Part shown: positions 20,839 to 31,658 of the stretch, piece by piece
Layout of the letters: every line of letters starts with the position of its first letter
Numbering within the stretch: the first letter of the stretch is position 1
Assembly (NCBI GenBank): GCA_009602735.1
Contig: WELA01002166.1
Location: 206,476-238,133 of the forward strand
DNA length: 31,658 nucleotides
Direction of reading: 5' to 3'
Source: Mesotaenium endlicherianum
Taxonomy: Eukaryota
Notes under the pieces: generated by a model
The model's database searches: none
Seen by the model: the letters and a program-made list of their open reading frames with translations, nothing else
Told to the model about the DNA's origin: nothing
Position numbers and translations under genes: made by a program

Positions 20839-23800
20839 TTATGGAGGGACTCCAGCGGCCCGAAGGTGGAACCGTGTCAACGCCCCTTTGGCATTGGTCA
20901 AGTGGTCCTTAAACTCCCAAGTGTCCCCAGAGGCATCGTAACCCTTCCATCGAATGAGGTATTTCATGACATATTTAGACGATCGACGGACCGAGCGAGC
21001 GTCTAAAATCTCATCGACCTCATATTCCTCAGGGTCGCCGTCCCGGACAGCGGGGACCGGTCCCGGTTGGACAGGGAACCGACCTGTGAACAGTGTATCA
21101 CCTTTGATGTACGGTTCCAGGAAGGAGACATTAAAGACCGGGTGCCCCTTGTATTCAGCTGACATGTTCAGTTTGTAAGCATTCTGACCGACACGACGGA
21201 CCACCGAATATGGACCGACCCAGACAGGGCCAAGCTTTTTCTTGACCACACCAGGGAGGTACAGGTGCTGAGAATGCAGTTTGACTAAATCCCCCTTGGA
21301 AAATGTCAGTTCCCGACGGTGTTGATTAGCGTATTTTTGTTGGTTTTCTTGGGCCGTGTGCAAGTTTCGTTGGACTTCTGACAGGGTGTCAGCAAACTCC
21401 TGAGTTAACTGGAGGGAGACCGGGTTGTCAATCCCTTCAGGGTGAGTTAAAGATTCCCCTAGCACATCTAGAGGAGACTTAGGGACTCTACCCAGGCTGA
21501 GTTCAAAAGGAGTTTTGCCCGTTGACGCGTGCACCGCACTGTTGACCGCAAACTGAATTTGAGGCAACAGGTCATCCCAATTATCTTGTTTTTGGTTAAT
21601 ATATGCTCTCAGCACCTCCTGCAGAACTCGGTTAGTTCTTTCAGTCTGCCCATCAGTCTGAGGGTGGTTTGCTGTGCTGAGCAGCTGTTTGACTCCCATT
21701 AACCCCATTAAAGCTCTCCAGAACTTAGAGGTGAATTTTGAGTCTCTGTCTGAGATGATATTAGAAGGGAGCCCATGTTGGCATACTACATGGTTGTAAA
21801 ACTGTCTCGCTGTTTCGAGTGCAGTCACTTTGACAGTTGTGGGGATAAAAATGACCATTTTTGTCAGTTTATCCACGACTACCAGTATTGAATCATGCCC
21901 GTTGGCAGTTCTTGGTAGTGAGACCACCCAGTCCATGGATATAGTTTCCCAGCGTCCCGCTGGGATGGGTAGCGGTTGCAAGAGACCTCCGGGTGGTGTG
22001 TGCCGAGACTTATTTCTCTGACACTGGTCACAGGACTTGACATATTTCAAGACCTCCCGGGGTAACCCCTCCCAATGATAATGTTTTGCCAGTTTGCCAA
22101 CAGTTTTGGCCTGCCCCAAATGTCCACCCAGGAGACTGTCATGAGCTTGACTCAGTAAGAGAGACCTTATTTCCAAATTATTAGGAATGACCAGCTTCAG
22201 CCTGCCTGAAGTGGTTTCAGTCACCCAGACCCCTCCCTTGAGCTTATACCCGAGTGCGGTAGCACGACACATACCAGTAGTGGGGCTGGGCTCAAATGTT
22301 GGGTCAGAAAGGTAGGCTTTCCTAAGTTGTTCAAGGAAGGACTTTTTCACCTTTAGTGAAGTGAGTGCACACAGGACTTTATCTACAGCATGCTGACTAA
22401 AGTTCCTTTCTTGCAAGTCAGGTCTTCTAGAGAGTGCATCAGCAGGATTCAACTTCCCTGGTTTGTAGTCGATCTGGACTTGGAACTGCTCCAGCATCTG
22501 GCTCCAGCGGTTCTCCCTCCTCGACAGCTTGGACTTCTTCTGAAAGTGGGTCAGAGCTAGATGATCTGTAATCACCTTAAAAGCTTTACCATGTAAGTAT
22601 GCTCTCCACTGTTTGAGTACATGAATGATAGCTAGCAGCTCTTTATCATGCACTGAGTAATTAATCTCCGCTGGATTAAATTTCATAGACTCATACAACA
22701 CAGGATGCCACTCCTGCCGTACCTTACCATCCTTTGTGGTTTTGTCAGCAGGCTGCAACAAAATAGCACCCATGGCAAAATCAGAGGCATCAGTAACCAC
22801 CTGCACCGGTTTGCTGGGGTCATACACGGCTAGCACTGGGGCAGAACAAAGGGCATCTTTAAGGGTCTGGAAGGCAGCCTGCTGCTCTTCCCCCCACACA
22901 TACCCGATGTCTTTCTTAGTAAGGTCAGTCAGTTTACTGGCCTTTGTGGAATAATTCTCAATAAATCTCCTATAGTAGTTAGCCAACCCGAGGAAGGATC
23001 TAACTTCAGAGACAGACTGTGGTACTGGCCAGTCCCTTATGGTCTGGACTTTCTTAGGATCCACACTGATGCCCTCTTTACTGACAACGTGGCCTAAGAA
23101 TTCAATACTTTCCTTAAAGAAATCACACTTGCTCATTTTAGCATACAAGTGATTTTTCCGCAGAGTGTCCAGCACTTTCTTTAAGTGTTCAGTGTGCTGA
23201 GCTTCATCTTTAGAGAAAATTAAAATATCATCCAGGAAAACTTGCACAAACTTATCCAAATAAGGTCTGAAAATGTCATTCATAGCACCCATAAAGGTAG
23301 CAGGAGCATTAGTCAGTCCAAATGGCATCACGTTGAACTCATAGTGTCCATAACGTGTGCGGAAAGCAGTCTTGTGTTCATCCCCCTCAGCAATTCTGAT
23401 TTGATGATAACCACTCTTGAGATCTATCTTACTGAACACCTTAGCGCCAGACAGGGTATCAAGCAAGTCCTCGATTCTGGGTAAAGCATACTTGTTCTTT
23501 ACTGTAATTCTGTTCAGGGCTCTGTAATCCACACACATCCGCATACTGCCATCCTTTTTCTTAACAAATAGGATAGGTGCGCCGTACGGTGATTTACTGG
23601 GAGAAATGTAACCATTTTCCTCCAGCTCTGCAATCTGTGTTTTCAACTCCTCGCTCTCCAAATAAGACAAGCCATAAGCGCGTTGCCAGGGTGGCTGGCT
23701 ACCAGGTAATAGATCAATCCTATGATCTACTTCCCTTTTAGGGGGTAGTCCTGGAGGCATGTTAAACACATCAGTGTACTGAGCAACAATTTTTGCAGCA

Positions 23801-24669
23801 GTAGGGTGTTCCGGAGGGCTTACCTTTTTCTCAACCACTTCTTCAGGTTGAGGAGGTACCTCTCTTAGCAGCAGACAGAACATTCTGTCTTCCTTCTGGT
23901 TCCAGCTTTTGACGAACTCCATTGCATTCAGCAACTTGCATCCTTCTGGAAGCCTCTTCTTTTCCTTCATTTGCCATCCACACAGGACAAGAGGAAGAGC
24001 ACTGGTGGGTGCCAAGTCAGTCTGCCCATCACTGGCTCCTCTCACTTTAACTGTACCTCTGCTCCAACACACTTCACCTTGATGTCTATTAAGCCAGGAC
24101 CTGCCTAGCACGAAATCATAGAACCCAGTGTTGAGTACCTCAAATGTAAGCGTTTCAGTTAGAACTGCAATGCCAGAACCTAACTGGACCTCAATAGGCT
24201 TGGTGATAACTCCTCCCGGGATACTTGAGGCATCTCCAAGGAATATCTTTCTATTCCCTTGGGTGACAGTAGGCAGCCTTAGCCGCTTAACTAAGTCCTT
24301 GTGAATAAAAGTATGTGACGCCCCTCCGTCAACAAATGCCCTCACCTTCCTACCTGCAATCATGCAATGCAGTAGGATAGGGGGGACTGTCTTTTCCTGA
24401 CTTTCGCATTGTTCTCCTGACGTAGCAAAGAAATGTTGGACATCAGGTGGAACAAGAGCATCCAGAGTGTGCACTCTCTGGACGTCTATATTGCTGATGG
24501 TCTCCTTTATCTGGTTGTCAGGCATGCATAGTGAATCCAGTTCAGCAGGACCCATAATACCTGCTACGAGGGCAGCTAGTGACGACTCACTATCTCTAGC
24601 ATCCTCACAGTCAGTAGACTGGATTACTGACTGTTGCTGTCTTTTAAAGGCTGGTCTTTTCTCTCGACC
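20839..24669 (-). CDS. pol: Pol polyprotein (aspartic protease, RT, RNase H, integrase, chromodomain), expressed as Gag-Pol
   Basis: [61 protein letters not shown] zinc finger; ISMDW/ISDRD/GQTER (DDE); [12 protein letters not shown]...YLIRWKGY...DTWE. The frame is open from 24669, upstream of the first ATG at 24555. Confidence 0.97.
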   Translation of the reverse strand, partial: GREKRPAFKRQQQSVIQSTDCEDARDSESSLAALVAGIMGPAELDSLCMPDNQIKETISNIDVQRVHTLDALVPPDVQHFFATSGEQCESQEKTVPPILLHCMIAGRKVRAFVDGGASHTFIHKDLVKRLRLPTVTQGNRKIFLGDASSIPGGVITKPIEVQLGSGIAVLTETLTFEVLNTGFYDFVLGRSWLNRHQGEVCWSRGTVKVRGASDGQTDLAPTSALPLVLCGWQMKEKKRLPEGCKLLNAMEFVKSWNQKEDRMFCLLLREVPPQPEEVVEKKVSPPEHPTAAKIVAQYTDVFNMPPGLPPKREVDHRIDLLPGSQPPWQRAYGLSYLESEELKTQIAELEENGYISPSKSPYGAPILFVKKKDGSMRMCVDYRALNRITVKNKYALPRIEDLLDTLSGAKVFSKIDLKSGYHQIRIAEGDEHKTAFRTRYGHYEFNVMPFGLTNAPATFMGAMNDIFRPYLDKFVQVFLDDILIFSKDEAQHTEHLKKVLDTLRKNHLYAKMSKCDFFKESIEFLGHVVSKEGISVDPKKVQTIRDWPVPQSVSEVRSFLGLANYYRRFIENYSTKASKLTDLTKKDIGYVWGEEQQAAFQTLKDALCSAPVLAVYDPSKPVQVVTDASDFAMGAILLQPADKTTKDGKVRQEWHPVLYESMKFNPAEINYSVHDKELLAIIHVLKQWRAYLHGKAFKVITDHLALTHFQKKSKLSRRENRWSQMLEQFQVQIDYKPGKLNPADALSRRPDLQERNFSQHAVDKVLCALTSLKVKKSFLEQLRKAYLSDPTFEPSPTTGMCRATALGYKLKGGVWVTETTSGRLKLVIPNNLEIRSLLLSQAHDSLLGGHLGQAKTVGKLAKHYHWEGLPREVLKYVKSCDQCQRNKSRHTPPGGLLQPLPIPAGRWETISMDWVVSLPRTANGHDSILVVVDKLTKMVIFIPTTVKVTALETARQFYNHVVCQHGLPSNIISDRDSKFTSKFWRALMGLMGVKQLLSTANHPQTDGQTERTNRVLQEVLRAYINQKQDNWDDLLPQIQFAVNSAVHASTGKTPFELSLGRVPKSPLDVLGESLTHPEGIDNPVSLQLTQEFADTLSEVQRNLHTAQENQQKYANQHRRELTFSKGDLVKLHSQHLYLPGVVKKKLGPVWVGPYSVVRRVGQNAYKLNMSAEYKGHPVFNVSFLEPYIKGDTLFTGRFPVQPGPVPAVRDGDPEEYEVDEILDARSVRRSSKYVMKYLIRWKGYDASGDTWEFKDHLTNAKGALTRFHLRAAGVPP
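24607..24648 (-). promoter_or_regulatory. -1 programmed ribosomal frameshift signal at the gag/pol overlap
   Basis: T TTA AAA heptamer in the gag frame (24648-24642), 7-nt spacer, perfect 10-bp stem ACAGTCAGTA/TACTGACTGT with an 8-nt loop (24634-24607). pol is in the -1 frame and overlaps gag by 46 nt. Confidence 0.8.
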
Positions 24670-26102
24670 TTAGGCAGGTGCTTGACCGGACACTGTTCTC
24701 TGTAGTGGCCTTTCTGCTGACAATGGTAGCAAGTAGATTTTGCTGAGGCTGGTCTCGGCTTAGTCCTACCACCACCCCTTCCATAGCCACCTCGAGAGGG
24801 ACCACCTCTACCTCTAGACTGAATAGCATTGTACTCATACTCATATTCATCACCCTGATTATCCTCAGCCTGGTCTCCTTCAACTGCATTGTAGGAACCG
24901 TGGGGCTTTTTGACAATCTTAGACACCAAAGCGTTACTCTGGCGCTTGTGATTGAACTGCTGCTGATCCCAGGCGTCAGCATCCTGGATCAAGTCAGCCA
25001 GTTTCTCATACTTTTTCTCAGCAAAATGACCAGAGACCTCGGATTTCAAGCCATACCTGAAGTATGCTATCCTATACCGTTCTGGCAAATCAGGCTGCTT
25101 CATCATGTTCTCTTGGAACTTTTGAGCAAACTCAGCAACTGAAGTGGTCTGCTTCAGTGTCAGGGAGATCATCGCATAGATAGCTTTCTCCTGCTGGTTG
25201 ATGACATCAAACTTCTCATGCAACTTCTCGACAAACTCTACCCACGTAGGGTCACCGAGTTGCCGAGCCTTACGCTCTTCCTTCCAGTAAAGCCACCAGT
25301 CTGCGGCACTGCCTTTCAGTAGCGCACCGGTGTGCCTGACCTTCTCGTAATCTTGCAGTTCTGGGTAGTTCTCCAGCCACTGCTCAACATCCGCGAGAAA
25401 CTTGATCAGGTAATATTTTCTGTTTCCCTCAGGATCATAGTCCTGGGGAGGTTTCGGCTTGGGCTTACTAGGCCCTCGGCCACCACCACTAGTGGTGTGA
25501 GACCCCAGTTGGTCTCTGTCCCGGAGTAGGGACATTATGATTCTTTTGTCCTCCTGCTGGGACTGATACATGGTCGCCATTTGCGACTGCATCTGAACGA
25601 ACAATGCTCCCAAGTCTACATTTTGGGGTGGTAGATTAGCAAATGCAGCAGCAGCATTGGCATCTACTCGCTGAGTAGTGTCCTCAACAATCCCTCTTGC
25701 TCCTGCAGCAGCAATTCCTGCCGCATTCAGCCGGTCACGTATTTGACCTAGGGGTACATTGAGTTGTACGGCAGGAGGTGGGTTCAGAACATTGGCCCTT
25801 GATGCCATAAGTTCTTCAACAGTGCGCTCGTCAGCTGGCTGTCCTTCCCTCCTTTGTATATCTTCAGCGGCCTTTGCTACTTGTTCAGCTTCTAGTCTGG
25901 CTATCTCCTCCTCAGCTTGCTGAGCTGCGACTGAGGCAATAGCAGCTGCCTCATCTGCAGCCTCCCTAGCTGCAGTATCCGCTACTGCTTCCGAATAGGT
26001 ACGGTTTCCCGCTACATGGCTTTCCGCCTGGTTTTCGACATTCTCGTTATCCTGGTTCTCCATGTCTCGGGAGTTGCTAGTTTGAGACCTTGTCCTTACC
26101 AT
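24624..26102 (-). CDS. gag: Gag (capsid plus CCHC nucleocapsid), 492 aa
   Basis: Starts MVRTRS just after the PBS. Capsid-like LKGSAADWW...[13 protein letters not shown]...FRYGLK, RGG tract and zinc knuckle [14 protein letters not shown]. Confidence 0.95.
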   Translation of the reverse strand: MVRTRSQTSNSRDMENQDNENVENQAESHVAGNRTYSEAVADTAAREAADEAAAIASVAAQQAEEEIARLEAEQVAKAAEDIQRREGQPADERTVEELMASRANVLNPPPAVQLNVPLGQIRDRLNAAGIAAAGARGIVEDTTQRVDANAAAAFANLPPQNVDLGALFVQMQSQMATMYQSQQEDKRIIMSLLRDRDQLGSHTTSGGGRGPSKPKPKPPQDYDPEGNRKYYLIKFLADVEQWLENYPELQDYEKVRHTGALLKGSAADWWLYWKEERKARQLGDPTWVEFVEKLHEKFDVINQQEKAIYAMISLTLKQTTSVAEFAQKFQENMMKQPDLPERYRIAYFRYGLKSEVSGHFAEKKYEKLADLIQDADAWDQQQFNHKRQSNALVSKIVKKPHGSYNAVEGDQAEDNQGDEYEYEYNAIQSRGRGGPSRGGYGRGGGRTKPRPASAKSTCYHCQQKGHYREQCPVKHLPKVERKDQPLKDSNSQ

Positions 26103-26123
26103 ACAAAGAAGACTGTGATAACT

Positions 26124-26135
26124 GCTCCGATACCA
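26124..26135 (-). promoter_or_regulatory. Primer binding site (tRNA-iMet type)
   Basis: Minus strand TGGTATCGGAGC, 1 nt after the 5' LTR end. Canonical plant iMet PBS is TGGTATCAGAGC; the A>G change still allows G-U pairing. Confidence 0.9.
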
Positions 26136-26136
26136 C

Positions 26137-26882
26137 TGAAATGAATCGACTTACCAAATAGGCGATTAACAATTAATAAAGATCTTTATATCAGCAAGTA
26201 ATCTTTATGGTATTTCCGTTAACTAGTTAAACGGCAAAGGACAATACACTAGCAGGGAATAATACTCGTAAGTCAAATGCGAGTAAACTAGCATCAATGA
26301 TGCAAATCAGTAAACTCATACATAAGCAAGGTTAGAAGACAGTGCGTATCAATGGCTTCTCGCCTTGGATTCAGATCTCTCTCAGTAAGCTGTACAAGAG
26401 AGTTGGCCTCGTTTCCGAATGCCGAACTCGAGAGCAATGCCTAGCATATGTACATGGAATGAGTTTACTGTTCAACGGTCAGTGCGATGGCACCGCCTAC
26501 CCGGGAGTTAACCACGTTGGTAGGACCTCGGTTAACCAAATCCACCGCCATCTCCCATCATCCCGAATAGCCATCCATCATAGGGATGTCATCTGGCCAT
26601 TCATCTAGCATATCGCACTTAGATGCATATCAAGGCAGTTCGCTGCTACCGAGTACGGAAGTCAGCTGGCTGTCAAAGAATGTGTCAGCAAGCTGACTTA
26701 AGTTGACTTCAGCCTGCTGCTTTTCGCCGAGTCATTAAACTGATAATTATGTAAAGTCCAGCAGACTGATTATTAACTAAAGTTCAGCAGACTGACTACT
26801 AACTAAAGTTCAACAGGCTGAACTAAATTAAAGTATTATATTTAAATGAATATTATATCTACTAATATACTGATTCATTACA
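26137..26882 (-). repeat. 5' LTR (746 bp)
   Basis: Matches 18063-18781, with an extra tandem copy of a 26-bp unit (cagcagactgactactaactaaagtt) near 26760-26810. Confidence 0.96.
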
Positions 26883-26887
26883 TTCTA

Positions 26888-27058
26888 GGTCTTTCCTCTA
26901 ACTTTGAAAATGCCTTAGAAGGTTCAAAGGACATGAACCAATTCACTAGAGTACCTATTCACACTGGAATCCACACAATACTACTCCAAACATATTTAGA
27001 CACAATAAAATATTTGCAAACTAATATATATTAAATCAAATCACTACATCACTCCCTC
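26888..27058 (-). repeat. Probable PPT and start of the 3' LTR of the older gypsy element
   Basis: Minus strand GAGGGAG (27058-27052), TGA, then TGTAGTG from 27048 and AT-rich sequence interrupted by the young element. The far end of this LTR was not identified. Confidence 0.45.
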
Positions 27059-27090
27059 GACACAAAAAGCGACGTCTCGGAGCGTCAAGC

Positions 27091-27210
27091 CAAGTCTTAC
27101 ACATGTGGAGCAGACTAGTCAACAGCTTCAAGTCAGATGCCACACATGTGAAGAGGATTAGTCCAAGGCGCCAAGTCAGGTGCTACACATGTAAGGTAGA
27201 CTAGGCAAGG
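27091..27210. repeat. Three ~40-bp tandem units in the 3' non-coding region of the older element
   Basis: caagtc...acacatgt...gactag/gattag units start at 27091, 27129 and 27172. Confidence 0.7.
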
Positions 27211-27705
27211 TCGTGGGTGATGTGACCTTATTGGCTAGCCTACTCCTTGATGATAAAGAAAATTGTACAAGTTGGCCCAGAATCTGCCACAAATTCAAAA
27301 ATTCCTGGCGTCCACAGAACTGCTCCAAATCTGAAAATTCGAGTGCCAGACGGACCGTTGGAGAACTCTACCGGGTCACTTGATTTGAGAGCATTCTAAT
27401 TTCTGGAGTGTCGTTGAGAGCTGAGAGAGTAGGCACTCCTCCAAATCTGTGCAGAAACTTCTGAAAATCATAAGTCCTTCTATACTTCTCCAAATTCTGC
27501 AAAGTAAGTCTCAAATTAGGCACTGTAAAATGTTCTACTAGATTCTTGAGTTTCAAAGCATTCCAAGTTCAGGGGAAGGCACAATGTCAGAAGGCATATT
27601 CTGCCCTAACAATGCCAGCAGCCTGACCCCCTTCTACTTAGAGCATCATATCTCTCTCACCAGTGCTCCAAATTAAGCAAACTTGGATTGTAAATGACCG
27701 GCTAC

Positions 27706-30700
27706 TCATGGACTAAAGCCAGATAAATTTTCAGAATATATTATACTGAGACCTATCACCAATAGCAGTTCTAGTTTTCTGTCCAGAAACTGCAAGAAGA
27801 GAAGAGTGTCTAATGTCAATTTTTTCCTCTTTCTTGTTCTTGCAGGCTGCCTCCAAGGGGTCTTCTGCTGCTTCTTGATGGTGGCAGGCTGCCTCCCTGA
27901 AGTCTTTGGGCTTCTAATAGAGAGACTTGGGGCTGGTCCAAGATGGGGGTTGGCGGCATGGAAGCGCTTCAACTTTCTCTGAACTTTGTCAAGGTAGTGC
28001 GCCGCCACCCAACTATTCTCCGAATCTGGATATCCTTTCCACTTGATCAAGTATTGCTACTGTCTCCCAAAATTTCTCATAGCCACTATGTGTTCCACTT
28101 TGTACTCCAAATGATCATCCACTATTGTTGGGGCTGGTGGGGTTGTCACACGTCCTGGGAACTTGTTGTCGGGTTGCACATATGGCTTGAAGTGGGAAGC
28201 GTGGAATACGGGGTCGATGTGCATAGTCTGGGGAAGTTCTAGCTTGAAAGCAACGGGGTTGACTTGCTGGATAATCTTGAAGGGTCCCAAATACTTGGGA
28301 GAGAACTTGCTGCCGGCAGGCCTATTGTTCAGGGAAATATTCTTGGATGATAGTAACACGTTGTCACCCACTCTGTACGTAATTTCTCTTCTGGATCTGT
28401 TCGCCACTCTTGCTTGAGCATCTTGCGCGTGTTGTAGAGCTTTCTTCGCTGCTGTAAGGGCTGCTTCTAATGTCTCCATAAAATCTGTGGCTGAAGGTAC
28501 TTCATCATGGCCAGCCGTGAAGCTCAGTGGCGTGGTCGGATGGAAGCCATAGTTGAGGAAGAATGGGAACTCTTGGGNTGAGGCTTGCGTCGTGTTGTTG
28601 TAGGCAAACTCCAAGTGGGTCAAGTACATGTCACAATCTTGCTCCAGGATAGACCCGTGGGCCTTTAGAGAGGTCTTTAGGGTACGATTCATACGCTCGG
28701 TTTGCCCATCTGATTGTGGGTGGTAGGCAGTAGACATATCCAGCGATGTACCCAAGTTCTTGAAATGGCTTGTGAATCTTGGATCTCTATCTGACACAAT
28801 TCGTGATGGTAGTCCATGGAGTCGGAAGATGTTGTCAAAGATGAGTCTTGCAAGTTGTGGTGCTGTAGCCTTAGTCGTCGTGGGAATAAAATGAGCCATC
28901 TTAGTAAGTCTGTCCACCACCGCGAGTATTGCATTATGGCCTCGAGGTGTCACGGGCAGGTCCACGATAAGGTCCATTGAGATGTCCGTCCATTGTCTTT
29001 CGGGGATTGATAGTGGTTGGAGGAGTCCTCCCNATTGATAGTGGTTGGAGGAGTCCTCCCGCCTTTTGCGATGATAGCTTGATTCTCTGGCACGTGTCAC
29101 AGCTCCTGCAGTACTCCTTGACTTGCTTAGACATGCCTGGCCAACAATAAGTCCGGGCTAGAACGCCTGTGGTCTTTAGGATTCCAAAGTGTCCTCCAAG
29201 AGGGTTGTCGTGTGCTTCTCGTAGAAGCAAGAGTCGGAGGTTTAAGTCATTAGGAACACATCTCTGACCCGTGTCTTGCCTCACCCAATAATTGCCTTCT
29301 TGCTTCTTGTATGGGTCCAAGGCTGCTTCTCCGTTCTTGTAGTAAGGGTCTCTTTCATAGGCGGCTGAAAATTGAGCTTTTATATCTGTCTTCAAGGATG
29401 TCATCACTGTGTTTAATTGCAGTCTTGAGAGGGGGTCAGCTGGGTTTGTCTTGCCGGACTGGTACTGACTCGTGATGTTGTATTTTTGCAAGTATCCGCT
29501 CCATCTTCCTTGTCTCCTTGAGAGATACGGCTGCGTCTGGAGGTGCTTCAACGCCTCGTGGTCCGTAGTGACCAGCACCTTGCGTCCTTCAACGTAGCAG
29601 CGCCAAACCTTCAAGGCATGTACAATATCGCCAATACCTCTCGCTCCGTGGTTGTATAATTTTGCTCGGCCGGATTTAGCTTCCTTGACTCGTAGGCAAT
29701 GGGCTGCGGTCCCTTGTCTTGGTNTCTTGGTCTTGAAGCGGGATTGCTCCTATTGCATAGGAAGATGCATCGGTGATGACGTGGAAGGGCCAATCTGGTT
29801 CTGGACTTGGGAGTGTGAGCACCGGGGATGTCGTCAATCTTTGTTTCAGTTGTTGGAATGCTTCCTCCTCTTTCTCGGTCCAAATGTATGGCTTGTCTTT
29901 CTTCAGTATATCCGTGAGAGGGGCTGCTATGTGCGAGAAACTCTGGATGAATTTCTGTACCAATTGGCAAATCCCAAGAATGATTGGAGTTCTTTCTTGG
30001 TCGTGGGGGTTGGCCATTCCTCCACCACCGTGGTCTTCTTGGGGTCCGTCTTGATGCCATCAGCAGTCACGTGGAGACCTAGGAACTCCACTTCTTGTTT
30101 GGCAAACTCGCACTTTGACTCCTTTGCAAATAGCTTGTTTTGCTTCAATACTTCGAGGACTTCTTTCAAGTGTCTCGCATGCTCTTCAAGGGTCTTGCTG
30201 TAGATAAGGATGTCATCGATGAATACCACCACAAATCTGTCCAACATGGGCTGAAATATGGTGTTCATCATAGTCATGAAAGTTGCTGGCGCGTTGGTGA
30301 GTCCAAATGGCAGGACCATGAACTCAAAATGTCCATATCTTGTCCTGAATGCCGTCTTCTCTATGTCCGGTTCTGCGATGCGAATCTGGTGGTAGCCGCT
30401 CCGTAAGTCAATCTTCGTGAAGTACTTGGCTCCAACCAGCCGGTCCATGAGCTCATCCATGCGCGGCAGCGGGTATCGATTCTTGATGGTGATCTTGTTG
30501 AGGGCGCGATAGTCCACACACATCCTCAAGGTACCATCTTTCTTCTTGACAAATAGCACCGGGGCTCTAAATGGCGACTTGCTCGGTCGAATGAAGCCAT
30601 GCTCCAGTAGCTCCTTGATTTACTTCTCGACTTCGTCTAGCTCCGTGTATGACATCTTGAACGTAGGCCAAGAGATGGGCTTGCTTTCGGGCTCCAACTC

Positions 30701-30924
30701 TATCTTGTGGTCTACGAATCTCTTGGGGGGTAGGCCCTTGGGCAATTCGGGGGAGAGTACTTCTTTGTTGTCCTGCAAGACTTCTTGTATCTCCTTGGGA
30801 AGGGATCTGCCTTCTTGATTCTCGATGTCTTTCTTCATGTCTTTTGGCGTGATCGAGGCCAAAAGAAGCTTGTGTCCCTTCCTCGCAAGTCTCTGGAGTT
30901 GGAGGGCGGACAATAGTATCTCGT
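27706..30924 (-). pseudogene. pol: Degenerate pol of a second, older Ty3/gypsy chromovirus (RT, RNase H, integrase, chromodomain)
   Basis: [102 protein letters not shown]. In-frame stops at 30620 and 28057; frameshifts near 29960 and 29620. The 5' part is cut off by the LTR at 30925. Confidence 0.93.
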
Positions 30925-31658
30925 TGTAATGAATCAGTACATTAGTAGATATAATATTCATTTATATATAATAGTTAATTTAGTTCAGCCTGCTGAACTT
31001 TAGTTAATAATCAGTCTGCTGGACTTTACATAATTATCAGTTTAATGACTCGGCCAAAAGCAGCAGGCTGAAGTCAACTTAAGTCAGCTTGCTGACACAT
31101 TCTTTGACAGCCAGCTGATTTCCGTGCTCGGTAGCAGCGAACTGCCTTGATATGCATCTAAGTACCACCTGCTAGANNNNNNNNNNNNNNNNNNNNNNNN
31201 NNNNNNNNNNNNNNNNNNNNNNNNNNNNNNNNNNNNNNNNNNNNNNNNNNNNNNNNNNNNNNNNNNNNNNNNNNNNNNNNNNNNATGATGGGAGATGGCG
31301 GTGGATTTGGTTAACCGAGGTCCTACCAACGTGGTTAACTCCCGGGTAGGCGGTGCCATCGCACTGACCGTTGAACAGTAAACTCATTCCATGTACATAT
31401 GCTAGGCATTGCTCTCGAGTTCGGCATTCGGAAACGAGGCCAACTCTCTTATACAGCTTACTGAGAGAACTCTGAATCCAAGGCGAGAAGCCATTGATAC
31501 GCACTGTCTTCTAACCTTGCTTATGTATGAGTTTACTGATTTGCATCATGAATGCTAGTTTACTCGCATTTGACTAACGAATATTATTCCCTGCTAGTGT
31601 ATTGTCCTTTGCCGTTTAACGAGTTAACGGAAATACCATAAAGATTACTTGCTGATAT
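30925..31658 (+). mobile_element. LTR of the same family as 18063-26882, opposite orientation, inserted in the older pol (5' LTR or solo LTR; runs off the window)
   Basis: Begins TGTAATGAATC at 30925 and is the reverse complement of the LTRs above. Contains the N gap 31177-31284. Left flank (candidate TSD) is CTCGT. Confidence 0.93.

Larger units (their letters stand above)
18063..26882 (-). mobile_element. Full-length Ty3/gypsy chromovirus LTR retrotransposon with an extra 3' ORF
   Basis: Two near-identical LTRs with TG...CA ends; TTCTA TSD at 18058-18062 and 26883-26887; PBS, gag, pol (PR-RT-RH-IN-chromodomain), ORF3 and PPT; all three ORFs uninterrupted. Confidence 0.97.

Noticed and set aside
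20572..20841. Stop-codon readthrough from pol into ORF3 (same frame, as for SIRE env-like ORFs)
   Set aside because: A further in-frame TAA at 20745-20743 blocks a Pol-ORF3 fusion.
26342..26608. 88-aa ORF repeated in the LTRs (also 31172-31504)
   Set aside because: Antisense to the element, GTG start that is GCG in the 3' LTR, and no recognisable motif. Recurrence only reflects LTR identity.
29006..29062. Short duplications and frameshifts around single Ns in the older pol (28578, 29033, 29724)
   Set aside because: Duplicated sequence flanking an N is typical of unmerged contig overlaps, so these are likely assembly artefacts.
30925..31658. Third LTR looks like a mosaic of the 5' and 3' LTR variants (recombination)
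   Set aside because: With three sequences, an outgroup matching one or the other LTR at each site is expected from independent mutations. More copies are needed.

Overview
Eukaryotic nuclear DNA from a green plant; a streptophyte alga or early-diverging land plant is my inference. It is a scaffold with N gaps at 8762-9681 and 31177-31284. The left half holds two convergent host genes: an intronless chloroplast ATP synthase b' gene (ATPG, +, 3090-3821) and a 10-exon TMEM214/DUF2359 gene (-, 16043-5684, 579 aa) with microsatellite- and G-rich introns. The right half is a nest of Ty3/gypsy chromoviruses. The main one is a complete minus-strand element (18063-26882; TTCTA TSD, tRNA-iMet PBS, PPT). 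Its gag and pol overlap through a canonical -1 frameshift signal (U UUA AAA, 7-nt spacer, perfect 10-bp hairpin). It also carries an extra sense-strand ORF3 (~558 aa, non-env) between pol and the 3' LTR. ORF3 is preceded by a predicted 5'-UTR intron (TACTAAC...TGCAG|G ATG) and bracketed by two copies of the PPT motif. A diverged, broken ORF3 homolog outside the element (17068-16689) keeps the same branch point/acceptor/ATG geometry, which points to a conserved, separately expressed accessory gene family. An older degenerate chromovirus pol (27706-30924) is interrupted by another LTR of the young family in the opposite orientation (30925 to window end). All alignments and counts were done by eye.
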